A stretch of DNA of 37,390 bases from Nitrospirota bacterium (GTDB lineage Bacteria; Nitrospirota; Nitrospiria; 2-01-FULL-66-17): assembly GCA_049325335.1 (NCBI GenBank), contig JBMOMC010000043.1:144362-181751 (forward strand). Reading direction: 5' to 3'. The notes below the pieces were generated by a model. That model saw only the letters and a list, made by a program, of their open reading frames with translations, did not search any database and was not told the DNA's origin. Below, in pieces: positions 1 through 9,350 of this stretch (position 1 is the first letter of the stretch; the number at the start of each line of letters is the position of its first letter). A program made the translations under genes and the position numbers.

Positions 1-270
1 CTCCTCGAACGCGCGCTTCCGCACCTGCACGTGGCGCTCTCGCGCGTGGCCGGTCATCGGCTCCGGCCGACCAAAGTCCTGTCGCCTCGGGAAATCGAGG
101 TGGTCAAATGGCTGCGCGAAGGCAAAACCAACTGGGAAATCTCGCGTATCCTCAATATTAGTGAACGTACTGTGAAATTTCACGTCCAGAATATTCTCGC
201 GAAACTGCAGGCCTCGACGCGGGGCCAGGCCACGGCGCTGGCGCTGCATCACGGGCTGATTCCGTTGTAG
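1..270 (+). CDS. luxR: LuxR-family transcriptional regulator, C-terminal HTH (5' truncated by window edge)
   Basis: Frame is open from base 1 (LLERALPHLHVAL...). LSPREIEVVKWLREGKTNWEISRILNISERTVKFHVQNILAKL is a classic LuxR HTH. Convergent with an AHL synthase gene. Confidence 0.88.
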   Translation, partial: LLERALPHLHVALSRVAGHRLRPTKVLSPREIEVVKWLREGKTNWEISRILNISERTVKFHVQNILAKLQASTRGQATALALHHGLIPL

Positions 271-898
271 ACATCCACGCCAGGAACGCCGGACGCTTGG
301 TCGCGTTTTGCGTCCGAAACAACGTCCAGTCCAGGATCGCGGCCACGGATTCGGCGCCCGCGGGGGGCAACGCCGTAAACGGCCCGATCGGCACACACGG
401 GAATCCCAGCGCGTGCAGGACGCGGAAGAAGCGTTTCTCCACCTCCATATACGCGTAACGGACCGAATTGTTGATTGACCACTGATACAGCCCCTTGAGC
501 AGAATGCTGAAGTGGGTACGCGACCGGCCGGTCCCGGGTGCGTCCGGCGCCACCGCCAGTCGCGAAATCTCGACGGTATCCGGGGCTTTTCGGATCTGGT
601 AACCTGGCGCCACCAGGCCCGCAAATTCCGACTCCAGCATAAATTGATGGTGAGACGGGAGAAACCGAACAAATCCCACCAAGACACCGGTGTCTGAAAA
701 TACGCCCAGCGGGACCGCCACCTGGTCGTACCGATCGATTTCGAGTTGCGGAGTATTCACGGGCACCCACCTGAGCTGTTCGCAGAACACTTTGTGGCGG
801 AGCCGATAACTCTGAAACCGGTCCTCCTGGCTTTCCAGGGATCGCACGCTGCATCCGGATTCATCAAACCGAATTTGCTGATAGTGTTGCGTGATCAT
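158..898 (-). CDS. luxI: Acyl-homoserine lactone synthase (LuxI family)
   Basis: LuxI motifs RLRHKVFCEQLRW, EIDRYD, GFVRFLP, FML and VEISRL. ATG at 898 is preceded by a GGAGGAGG SD, so it is preferred over the 928 start. Confidence 0.9.
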   Translation of the reverse strand: MITQHYQQIRFDESGCSVRSLESQEDRFQSYRLRHKVFCEQLRWVPVNTPQLEIDRYDQVAVPLGVFSDTGVLVGFVRFLPSHHQFMLESEFAGLVAPGYQIRKAPDTVEISRLAVAPDAPGTGRSRTHFSILLKGLYQWSINNSVRYAYMEVEKRFFRVLHALGFPCVPIGPFTALPPAGAESVAAILDWTLFRTQNATKRPAFLAWMSTTESARDAAPAPWPGPASRPAVSREYSGREISQYVH

Positions 899-973
899 AG
901 GACCTCCTCCGGTGGGTACGGGTAACACTCGTTTGCCGACACCATGTATTTACGATGGGAACGGACAGGAGGC

Positions 974-993
974 ACCTGTCCAAACGGACAGGT
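974..993. promoter_or_regulatory. lux box (20-bp LuxR operator) upstream of luxI
   Basis: ACCTGTCC-AAAC-GGACAGGT has perfect 8-bp arms and resembles the Vibrio lux box ACCTGTAGGATCGTACAGGT. Centre is about 85 bp upstream of the luxI ATG. Confidence 0.85.
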
Positions 994-1291
994 GTGCCTG
1001 AATTTCATGCGGGGGTAAGATTAGACCATCCGTGGCCGAATGGAGTGTGATTCGGCACGGGTCCAGGCGTCCGTTCTTCCGGGCAACGGCGTGACGCCTG
1101 ATGTTCCGTCCTTCCCTAGATCGGGTGCACCGTGCGAGCGAGCTCGGCGCGCCTGTTCCGCACGGCATGTTGAACGAGGTGGATGTGTCACAGCGAGCAA
1201 TATCCCGGAGGGTGGTGCCGCCTCAACCCGTCGGGACGGTGCGCGGGCATGGGACGCCCGCGCGCGCCGTGGCGTCGCGAGGGGTCGCATA

Positions 1292-2869
1292 ATGCGGCGC
1301 GAGTACCGGGAGGAACTGATCGGGCGTTTTCCCGGCGTCGCGTACCGTCGCGCATGCGCGCGCGACTGGGCCGTCGAGTTTCGCGTCGCAGACGCCAGCA
1401 CCCTGGCGGGTCACCGGGTCGCGGACCTGAGTATCGGCCGGTTGACGTATGAAGAACTGATCCACCCCGATGATGACGGGCGGGTGCGGACATCCATCCA
1501 GCGGATCGTGGTCAGCCGCGAGCGCCTCAAGATGGATTACCGAGTCCGCACTGCCGCCGGGAAAGACCTGTGGGTTCGTGAATACGGGTGCGGCATAACG
1601 AACGCACGCGGCGAGGTGGACGCGATCGCGGGATTTATTACCGACTTAGAAGAGTGTCTCCCCGCGGCGGAGTCCGTCACGCGATGGGACGCGCACGAGC
1701 GACGGTCGCAGCGGCTCATGGCGCTCGGAGTCCTGGCGGGGGGCATCGCCCATGAGTTCAACAATCTCCTCACCGCCATCACCGGGTATGCCGATCTGTG
1801 CGCGGCCGAATTATCCGCGTCGCACGGCGCCTCCGCCAACGTCGCCGAAATTATCAAAGCCGGCGCGCGCGCGACGGAGTTGGTCCGCGGAATTCTGTCG
1901 TTCACCCGCGACCGGGAGCGTTCGCTGGAGGCGCTTGATCTCCGAGCCGTGGTGGACGACGCGCTCAAGTTGCTCCGAGCGACATTGCCGGCGATGATCA
2001 GTATCGACACGACGTGCGCCGCAGACATACCGGCGGTGTCGGCTGACGCGGGCGAACTTCATCAAGTGGTCCTGAATCTGGGAACGAATGCCGCCCATGC
2101 CATGGGTTCGCGCGGTGGGCGCATCCGGGTGGAGCTAGCCCCCGTGGCGTTGGATTCCGAAACAAGCACCCGCCTCGGCGGACTCCCGGCCGGCCGCTAC
2201 GTTCGACTGACGTTCAGTGACACCGGCAGCGGGATGGACGAAGCCACGCGCAAGCGGATCTTCGAACCGTTTTTCACGACCAAGACCGAAGAGCAGGGTG
2301 TCGGCCTCGGTCTGTCGATCGTGCAAAAAATCATGACCCGACACCACGGGGTGATAACCGTCGACAGCCGACTCGGCGTCGGATCAACGTTCACAGTGTA
2401 TTTCCCGGCGCTCGACGCGCCCGCGCCGGTCGTGAGCGCTCCATCGCGCGTGGCGGAGCGCGGACATGGCGAGTGCGTGCTGTACGTTGATGACGAGGAA
2501 TCATTGGTGACGTTGATGACACGCCGGCTCAGCCCGCTTGGATACCACATTATCGGCGCCACCGACGCGACCATGGCGCTGGCAAACTTTCGCGCGTGTC
2601 CCGAGGATTTTGACGTGGTGGTGACTGATATGGGAATGCCTGGGTTGTCGGGCGTTGACCTGGCGCGCCAGATCAAGATCATCCGACCGAATATTCCGGT
2701 CATTCTGACCTCGGGGTACCTTCGCCCGGAGGAGCAACAAGACGCGGAACGCGCAGGGGTCGATATGGTCGTTCTCAAACCCAATACCGTAGCCGAACTC
2801 GGTCACGTGATCCACAATTTTGTGGCTGGACGTGGGGCCACGCCTACCTCGGGTAAACCAGCCGGCTGA
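1292..2869 (+). CDS. Cytoplasmic hybrid sensor histidine kinase (PAS-HisKA-HATPase-REC)
   Basis: PAS/PAC (IHPDD, YRVRTAAGKDLWVRE), H-box LAGGIAHEFNNLL, N-box NLGTNA, DTGSGMD, FEPFFTTK, GxGLGL, and receiver (VDDE, TDMGMP). Start uncertain; ATG 1292 chosen over 1040. Confidence 0.9.
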   Translation: MRREYREELIGRFPGVAYRRACARDWAVEFRVADASTLAGHRVADLSIGRLTYEELIHPDDDGRVRTSIQRIVVSRERLKMDYRVRTAAGKDLWVREYGCGITNARGEVDAIAGFITDLEECLPAAESVTRWDAHERRSQRLMALGVLAGGIAHEFNNLLTAITGYADLCAAELSASHGASANVAEIIKAGARATELVRGILSFTRDRERSLEALDLRAVVDDALKLLRATLPAMISIDTTCAADIPAVSADAGELHQVVLNLGTNAAHAMGSRGGRIRVELAPVALDSETSTRLGGLPAGRYVRLTFSDTGSGMDEATRKRIFEPFFTTKTEEQGVGLGLSIVQKIMTRHHGVITVDSRLGVGSTFTVYFPALDAPAPVVSAPSRVAERGHGECVLYVDDEESLVTLMTRRLSPLGYHIIGATDATMALANFRACPEDFDVVVTDMGMPGLSGVDLARQIKIIRPNIPVILTSGYLRPEEQQDAERAGVDMVVLKPNTVAELGHVIHNFVAGRGATPTSGKPAG

Positions 2870-2974
2870 GTCTTGGCACGGGCATCCACGGATCGGCTCC
2901 CAGCAACGTTGACGGCGGCTGGTTTTGTTGATCGGTGGCTTGAGCGGGGAGAACTTACGGTCAGAGACGCCGGG

Positions 2975-4696
2975 TCACACGCGCGCTTGCGCGTCGTAGA
3001 GCGCGGCGTACAGGCCGTTGCGCGCAAGCAGGTCGTCGTGCCGGCCGGTCTCCACCAGTCGGCCGTGGTCCAGGACGATCAACCGGTCCACCGCGCGCAA
3101 CGTGGACAGACGGTGGGCGATGATCAGGGTGGTGCGGCCCGCAATCAAGCGTTCCAGCGCGTCGTGGATCTTGGCCTCGGTCTCGCTGTCCACGTTCGAG
3201 GTGGCTTCATCGAAGATGATGATCGGCGGATCCTTGAGCAGGGCGCGCGCAATGGCCACCCGTTGTTTCTGGCCGCCGGAGAGCTTCACGCCGCGCTCGC
3301 CGATCAAGGTGTCGTAGCCCTCGGGCATCACCGCGATGAACTCGTGAGCGTGCGCGGCGCGCGCCGCGGTTTCCACCTCCGCGGTGGTTGCGTCCAGCCG
3401 GCCGAACAGCAGATTCTCCCGCACCGTGCCGTTGAATAAGAACGGATCCTGGGGCACGATCCCGATCTGCTCGCGCAGACTCGCGAGCGTCATGTCCCGG
3501 ATGTCGCGGCCGTCGAGCACGATCCGCCCCGCCCCCACGTCGTAGTAGCGCAGGAGCAGTTTGATCACCGTGCTCTTGCCCGCGCCGCTGGGTCCCACCA
3601 AGGCGATCGTCTCGCCGGGCTCCGTGGTGAACTCGATGTCCTGCAACACCGGGACATCGGGCCGGTACCCGAAGGACACGGTCTCGAATCGGATCTGGCC
3701 CGCCGCGCGCGTGAGCGCGGCGGCGCCGGGTCGGTCGATCACATCGGGTTTTGCGTCCAGCACCTCGAACACGCGTTCGCCGGACGCGAGGGCGTGTTGC
3801 AGCATGTGATTGACCGAGTGGATCTGGTTGATCGGCACGTAGAACAAGGCCAGGTACGACAGAAACGCCACGAGTTCGCCCAACGTCATCGCCCCTGCCA
3901 CCACCTCGCGGGCCCCGACCCACAGGATCAACACAGTGCCCACCGAGCCCAGGAACACCATGGCGGGCGAATACAGCGACCACACTCGCGCCGCGCGAAG
4001 CTGCTCCTGGGCATACGCGCGGTTGTGCGTATCAAAGCGCGACGACGCGTGCGCCTCGCGGTTGAACGCCAGGACCTCGCGGATACCGGAGAGCTGGTCC
4101 TGCAAGACGGCGTTGAGCTGGCCCGACTCGCGGCGGATGATGCGGTACATGCCGTGGATGCGGCGGGTAAAGCGCGAGGCGCCAAAGATCAACAATGGAA
4201 TCGGAACCAATGCCAGCAGGGCCAGCTTCCAGTGCATGGTGAACAGAATGCCCGTGATGCCGATGAGCGTCAGCCCGGCCATCAGTAACGATTCCACGCC
4301 GTCGATGAAAATCCGTTCCAGGTTGTTGGTGTCGCTGGTGACCCGCGACGCCAGTTCGCCGGTGGCACGCTGGTCGTAGTAGCGCACCGACAATGACTGA
4401 AGTTTGTCGTAGACCGCTTTGCGTAGGTCGTAGATCACGGACTGTTCAAGCCGGTTGTTGAACCAGATCCGCGCGCCGGACAGGAGATTGCGCGCCACGT
4501 AGATCCCCACCAGCGACAGCATGAGCCAGGGCAGGGGTCCGACGTCGCCGGGGCGCACCACGGTGTCGATCACGAGCTTAATGATCCACGGCGGCGCCAG
4601 ATCCACGAGCGTTGCGAGCACCGCGCACCCGAACGTGGCCGCGGCCAGGCCGCGGTAGGGCGAAAGATACGTCAGAACGCGAAAGAGGAGGCGCAT
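2975..4696 (-). CDS. ABC exporter, fused permease/ATPase (MsbA/MdlAB-like)
   Basis: N-terminal TM helices, Walker A GPSGAGKST, signature LSGGQKQR, Walker B IIIFDEATS and H-loop IAHRLST. ATG 4696 lies 6 nt after TGGTATAAC. Confidence 0.93.
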   Translation of the reverse strand: MRLLFRVLTYLSPYRGLAAATFGCAVLATLVDLAPPWIIKLVIDTVVRPGDVGPLPWLMLSLVGIYVARNLLSGARIWFNNRLEQSVIYDLRKAVYDKLQSLSVRYYDQRATGELASRVTSDTNNLERIFIDGVESLLMAGLTLIGITGILFTMHWKLALLALVPIPLLIFGASRFTRRIHGMYRIIRRESGQLNAVLQDQLSGIREVLAFNREAHASSRFDTHNRAYAQEQLRAARVWSLYSPAMVFLGSVGTVLILWVGAREVVAGAMTLGELVAFLSYLALFYVPINQIHSVNHMLQHALASGERVFEVLDAKPDVIDRPGAAALTRAAGQIRFETVSFGYRPDVPVLQDIEFTTEPGETIALVGPSGAGKSTVIKLLLRYYDVGAGRIVLDGRDIRDMTLASLREQIGIVPQDPFLFNGTVRENLLFGRLDATTAEVETAARAAHAHEFIAVMPEGYDTLIGERGVKLSGGQKQRVAIARALLKDPPIIIFDEATSNVDSETEAKIHDALERLIAGRTTLIIAHRLSTLRAVDRLIVLDHGRLVETGRHDDLLARNGLYAALYDAQARV

Positions 4697-4842
4697 GGTT
4701 GGGTTATACCATGTTCCGGCGTGGCCTGGTGTATGGCGCGAACGAGTCGACGATGTCCCAGGCATGGAGCGCCCGTCCGGATTTGGCACCTCGTAGATCA
4801 GATGCTGATCGAGAAAGTAATGCGACGCCGACGGACTCTCTT

Positions 4843-5127
4843 ATGGTACGATTCGCCTACACAGCATGCGCCCGCCCTGATCCGGTAACCCCGATCGTGG
4901 ACAACCAGTTACTCAAAACCGCACACCTCGCGCCGGGCGAGCCCCTGGCCGAGGTGTCCGCACTCGCCCTGATCCATGATCCCGAGGTGGACGCGTGCTG
5001 CCTCATGTTGTTGCCCGCGCTGGATGAGCCGCCGCTCGCCGAGTACTGGTTCGGGAGTCTCGAACAGGCGGAGCGTCAGGCCGGCATCGTGTTCGGCGCA
5101 CGGTTTGTTGGGTGGGACGAAGGCTGA
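4843..5127 (+). CDS. Small hypothetical protein (about 94 aa)
   Basis: Fills the gap between the ABC gene and the RM locus and has a globular-looking sequence ending EYWFGSLEQAERQAGIVFG...W. Start uncertain. Confidence 0.5.
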   Translation: MVRFAYTACARPDPVTPIVDNQLLKTAHLAPGEPLAEVSALALIHDPEVDACCLMLLPALDEPPLAEYWFGSLEQAERQAGIVFGARFVGWDEG

Positions 5128-5136
5128 CAAGTAGCG

Positions 5137-5263
5137 GATCGGGGACCGGACCGGTGACGGTCCCAACTAAACAAGAAACAGTCCAAGATCATTCGCCAAA
5201 GCGCGTTCTCTCGCCGGCCCAGGGACAAAGAAATTACTTGTTTACTTGGGACCGTCCCCGATC
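5137..5263. repeat. Imperfect inverted-repeat element (REPIN/MITE-like) at the edge of the RM locus
   Basis: GACGGTCCCAACTAAACAAG (5156-5175) matches the reverse complement of 5237-5256 at 19/20. Outer GATCGGGGAC (5137-5146) pairs with GTCCCCGATC (5254-5263). Confidence 0.65.
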
Positions 5264-5296
5264 AGTTCACACAGGTCTGCACGGGTGCGATAGCGA

Positions 5297-6277
5297 TCAA
5301 GCACTCACCGTCATGTGAGGAGGGTGCGTGGCGACATTGAATAGCTTGTACTGCCGTGTTGCGTTCAGCCAGGCATTGCGGGCCATTTCAACGTAGCATG
5401 GTTCCTTATCGATTCCGATGAACTGGCGACGCTCCTCCGCGGCGGCAACCGCGCTCGTGCCGCTCCCAACGAACGGGTCGAGTACTAAATCGCCTGGATC
5501 GGAAAACAGTCGGATGAGTCGTCGGGGCAATTCCACGGGGAATTTTGCTTCATGATCGTTGTTGGCCCGAACTGAAGGGATATTCCATACGGCGCGAGAT
5601 CCCCATTCAATCCACTCATCCTTGGTGAGTCGGGATTTGTCTATACGGGTTTGACCGGGCTTCCAAAAAATGTAGATGTATTCGAACTCATCCACTGCAC
5701 GATAACTCATGGTGTGCCACCGGGAGTTCTCCCACGCGGCGTCCTTGACCCATATACGTCGGTCATAGAGATAAAGGCCCGCTTCCATTGCATATTCTTC
5801 TAAGATTCCCCCGACGAGCGCGACGCGGGTTTGCGTCTGATATTTCCCCCCACGGATGTTGTTACCCTTGAGCCGGCGGTCGACCGTTTGCTCACTGCAA
5901 CCGAGAACCTCTGCGATCTGGCGCCTGTTCTTGTCTGGGTGTTTTGCCATCGTATCGAGCACGAGTTCGCGAGTAATGTCTCCACGTTTTCTGCGCGTGA
6001 TGTTCTCGGCCATGATGCGCGGCATGGATTGATCGGGAAAGCACAAGATGTCGGCGATGTTGACGGCCACGAAGGCCCCAGGGAGTAATACCTCGGCATG
6101 TGCCTGCAAAGTTCGTCGCAATAATGCGCGCCATTCCAAGTAAGATTGGTCGCGCTCGTAACTCTTGCCGACGTGATACGGCGGTGACCAGACGGACAAC
6201 GCGACACTGTTAGGCGGTAACATCTCCGCTAGTGCGCGTGCATCACCGAGATAGATCCCTTCTGGCGACGGGTTCAT
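5297..6277 (-). CDS. Beta-class amino-DNA methyltransferase (probably m4C) with an internal HTH insertion
   Basis: Catalytic WSPPY near the N-terminus, HEAKFP and SAM-binding DPFVGSGT near the C-terminus. ATG 6277 overlaps the endonuclease stop (ATGA) and has a GGAGG SD. Confidence 0.92.
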   Translation of the reverse strand: MNPSPEGIYLGDARALAEMLPPNSVALSVWSPPYHVGKSYERDQSYLEWRALLRRTLQAHAEVLLPGAFVAVNIADILCFPDQSMPRIMAENITRRKRGDITRELVLDTMAKHPDKNRRQIAEVLGCSEQTVDRRLKGNNIRGGKYQTQTRVALVGGILEEYAMEAGLYLYDRRIWVKDAAWENSRWHTMSYRAVDEFEYIYIFWKPGQTRIDKSRLTKDEWIEWGSRAVWNIPSVRANNDHEAKFPVELPRRLIRLFSDPGDLVLDPFVGSGTSAVAAAEERRQFIGIDKEPCYVEMARNAWLNATRQYKLFNVATHPPHMTVSA

Positions 6278-7008
6278 GCATCCCTCCATGTCATCGTCAG
6301 TCGGCCATTGTCATCGAAATCAGCCGTTTGGACACGCCAAGGCGCTTTTTGCTGCAGACGGTTGAACGACAACCGTACACGGAAGTTTTCCCCGCGACTT
6401 GGGGCGTTACGTCCGGCGATCCAGATGGTATCTTGATCGTCAGGGTTGTACCGTTCTTGCAATAGTCCATTGGGGATTGCGGCTAACGTCACACGCGACA
6501 GCCTGTATGGCGGTCTGTCACGCCCGTCATTGCCGGGACTGGCTACGTAGTTGTAGTGTGCGAGCAGGGTCGTGGCCAAGTATTCTTGATCGCCATAGGA
6601 TTGCACTGGCTGCAAATCACCTCGAAGGTCCGTACTGCCCCCGCCACGCACTTGACGCACGGCCATGGAAAGCTGCGACATCTGTAGAGTGGCGCTACCA
6701 GCGTTTTTTTCAGCCTTGCTATCTACGAAAAGCGCTTGTCGCACAGCCAAATGTGGAATGATGACATAGCGGGCCTTGCGATAATCGACGTTGCCGTAGA
6801 TGCGTTGAGGGATGCCGTAGCCACCGAGCCGGTCGAGCATTTCGCGTGTGATGTCTTCGGCAATATCCTTGGGATCATCGATACTTTGAAGGAAGAATCC
6901 CCAAGTGTCCTGAGCAAAATCCCTCGTGGCGATCCAAAGCGCTTGCAAAGCACAGCGCTCGACGCTTTCTATCTCGTCGACGTCGAGGTCGCGCGGACGT
7001 CGTTCCAT
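6274..7008 (-). CDS. SfiI-family type II restriction endonuclease
   Basis: Colinear with R.SfiI as recalled: DEIESVE, AEDIT, DYRKAR, VDSKA (PD-D/ExK), TLQxSQL, RYNPD, RGExxRVR, PWR. Translationally coupled to the methyltransferase. Confidence 0.82.
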   Translation of the reverse strand: MERRPRDLDVDEIESVERCALQALWIATRDFAQDTWGFFLQSIDDPKDIAEDITREMLDRLGGYGIPQRIYGNVDYRKARYVIIPHLAVRQALFVDSKAEKNAGSATLQMSQLSMAVRQVRGGGSTDLRGDLQPVQSYGDQEYLATTLLAHYNYVASPGNDGRDRPPYRLSRVTLAAIPNGLLQERYNPDDQDTIWIAGRNAPSRGENFRVRLSFNRLQQKAPWRVQTADFDDNGRLTMTWRDA

Positions 7009-7236
7009 GCTCTATATCCCTAGGTGCGTTACAAGTCGTGTTTGGTAGCCGGGCCTTTACTCGGTGTCCGAATTAGGCGTCTCGATTACCACAGTGGCTT
7101 CCTCTATATGCCGATTGCAGTTTGAAGTCAACCCAGCTTGCTAAAGATCATTCATTCCTCTCGCATGGCCCTTGCTGCGAGAGTGACAAGAGGAGTATCC
7201 TTCGGGGGCGTGACCTTGGCGGGATAACGTGACGCG

Positions 7237-9315
7237 ATGAGCAGGGTTGACTCGTTCTTTAGTCTCTATACCCACAACTTCGTCCGCGTGGCGGTGGCGG
7301 TGCCCTCTGTGCGCGTGGCGGAGCCGGTGTTTAATGCGGAGCAGACCATTGCCCTGATGAACCAGGCGGTGAGTCGGCGCGCGGGGCTCGTGGTGTTTCC
7401 GGAGTTGGGGCTGTCCGCGTATTCGTGCGAGGACTTGTTTCATCAGCAGGCATTGTTGGATGCCTGTCGCGACGCATTGGCCAAGGTGGTGGAGGCGTCG
7501 CGCGAGTTGCCGGTGGTGAGTGTGGTGGGGCTGCCGCTGCAGGTGGATGCGCTGTTGTTTAACTGCGCGGCGGTAGTGCATCGCGGGCGGATCTTGGGCG
7601 TGGTGCCCAAGACGTATTTGCCCAATTACCGCGAGTTCTATGAGCTGCGGCAGTTCATGCCCGCGGACGCGGCGTGTCGGGACGCGATCGACTTGCTCGA
7701 TCAACGCGACGTGCCGTTCGGCAACCGACTTCTGTTTCAGGCCACGGATCAGCCGTTGCTGACGTTTCACGTGGAGATCTGCGAGGACTTGTGGGTGCCG
7801 ATTCCGCCGTCGTCCTACGCGGCGCTCGCCGGAGCCACGGTCCTGATCAATCTGTCCGCGTCTAACAGCACGGTGGGCAAGGCGGACTACCGCCGCCAAC
7901 TCGTGGCGGGCCAATCCAGCCGGAACTTGGCGGCGTACGTGTACAGCGCCGCTGGGGTCGGGGAGTCCACCACGGATCTGGCGTGGGACGGGCACGGGAT
8001 GATTTACGAGAACGGTGCGCCCTTGGCCGAGGCCACGCGGTTTGCGGACGGGCCGCAGCTTATTACGGGTGATGTGGACTTGGATCGGCTGGCCCAGGAT
8101 CGCATGCGGCAGACTAGCTTCGGGCAGGCCGTGAGCCGGCACCGCTATGCTCTATCGAGATTTCGCACCATCCGTGCGGAACTGGATCTGCCCCGGTCGG
8201 GGCGGATTCCGCTCACGCGCCGCTACGAGCGCTTCCCCTACGTGCCGGGTGATCCGGAGCTGCGGGAGGAGCGTTGCCGCGAGGTGTACGAGATCCAAGT
8301 GCAGGGGTTGGTGACGCGGCTGCGCGCGATCGGGCCGGATGCCAAGGTGATCATCGGGGTGTCGGGCGGGCTCGATTCCACACAGGCCTTGCTGGTGTGC
8401 GCGCAGGCCATGGACCGGATGAAGCGGCCGCGCGCCCACATCCTCGGGTACACCATGCCGGGCTTCGCCACCAGCGAGCGCACGTTGGATCAGGCGCGGC
8501 GTCTCATGAAAGTTGTGGGGTGCGAGGCGCACGAGATCGATATCAAACCGAGCTGTCTGCGCATGTTTCAGGATATCGGCCACCCGTTCGCTCAAGGCAA
8601 GCCGGTGTACGACGTCACATTCGAGAATGTCCAGGCCGGGGAGCGGACCAGCCACCTGTTCCGGTTGGCGAATCAGCGCGGCGGGATCGTGGTGGGCACC
8701 AGTGATTTGAGCGAAGTGGCGCTCGGATGGTGCACGTACGGGGTGGGCGATCACATGGCGCATTACCACGTGAACGCGAGCGTGCCCAAGACCCTAATCC
8801 AGTATCTGGTGCGCTGGGTGGCCCGCACGCACCAACTTGGCGAAAATGTCAGCGGGGTACTCGACGATGTGTTGGCCACGGAAATCAGCCCGGAGTTGTT
8901 GCCCGCGGGCAAGGGGGAGCGCGGTGCGAGCCAACCCGCGCAGCGCTCGCAGGACGTGATCGGGCCGTACGCGCTCCAGGACTTCATCCTGTATTACACC
9001 CTGCGCTTCGGGTACCGGCCATCCAAGGTGGCGTTTCTGGCCTGGTCCGCCTGGCACGACGCGCAGGAAGGGCAGTGGCCCGACATCCCGGAGGCTGAAC
9101 AGCGCGCCTACTCCATCGGCGAGATCAAACGTTGGCTCCGCGTGTTCGCCCAGCGGTTCTTCCACGACAGTCAGTTCAAACGGAGCTGCATCGCGAACGC
9201 GCCCAAGGTCGGGTCGGGCGGCTCGCTCTCGCCGCGAAGCGACTACCGCGCGCCGAGCGACGCGGACGCGGCGGTGTGGCTGCGCGACGTGAAGACGATT
9301 CCGGACGCGGAGTGA
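7237..9315 (+). CDS. nadE: Glutamine-dependent NAD+ synthetase
   Basis: Nitrilase domain ([24 protein letters not shown]) fused to synthetase domain ([27 protein letters not shown]). Confidence 0.97.
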   Translation: MSRVDSFFSLYTHNFVRVAVAVPSVRVAEPVFNAEQTIALMNQAVSRRAGLVVFPELGLSAYSCEDLFHQQALLDACRDALAKVVEASRELPVVSVVGLPLQVDALLFNCAAVVHRGRILGVVPKTYLPNYREFYELRQFMPADAACRDAIDLLDQRDVPFGNRLLFQATDQPLLTFHVEICEDLWVPIPPSSYAALAGATVLINLSASNSTVGKADYRRQLVAGQSSRNLAAYVYSAAGVGESTTDLAWDGHGMIYENGAPLAEATRFADGPQLITGDVDLDRLAQDRMRQTSFGQAVSRHRYALSRFRTIRAELDLPRSGRIPLTRRYERFPYVPGDPELREERCREVYEIQVQGLVTRLRAIGPDAKVIIGVSGGLDSTQALLVCAQAMDRMKRPRAHILGYTMPGFATSERTLDQARRLMKVVGCEAHEIDIKPSCLRMFQDIGHPFAQGKPVYDVTFENVQAGERTSHLFRLANQRGGIVVGTSDLSEVALGWCTYGVGDHMAHYHVNASVPKTLIQYLVRWVARTHQLGENVSGVLDDVLATEISPELLPAGKGERGASQPAQRSQDVIGPYALQDFILYYTLRFGYRPSKVAFLAWSAWHDAQEGQWPDIPEAEQRAYSIGEIKRWLRVFAQRFFHDSQFKRSCIANAPKVGSGGSLSPRSDYRAPSDADAAVWLRDVKTIPDAE

Positions 9316-9350
9316 CCGGGCGCGGGAAAACGACTCGTCGCCCGGGGAAT

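Noticed and set aside
1040..1291. N-terminal extension of the kinase ORF
   Set aside because: Arg/Ala-rich with no domain; probably intergenic sequence read through in GC-rich DNA.
7141..8142. 333-aa ORF antisense to nadE, and similar shadow ORFs over hemEH, priA (21966-23465) and comF
   Set aside because: Shadow frames of well-supported genes, expected at high GC, with no motifs.
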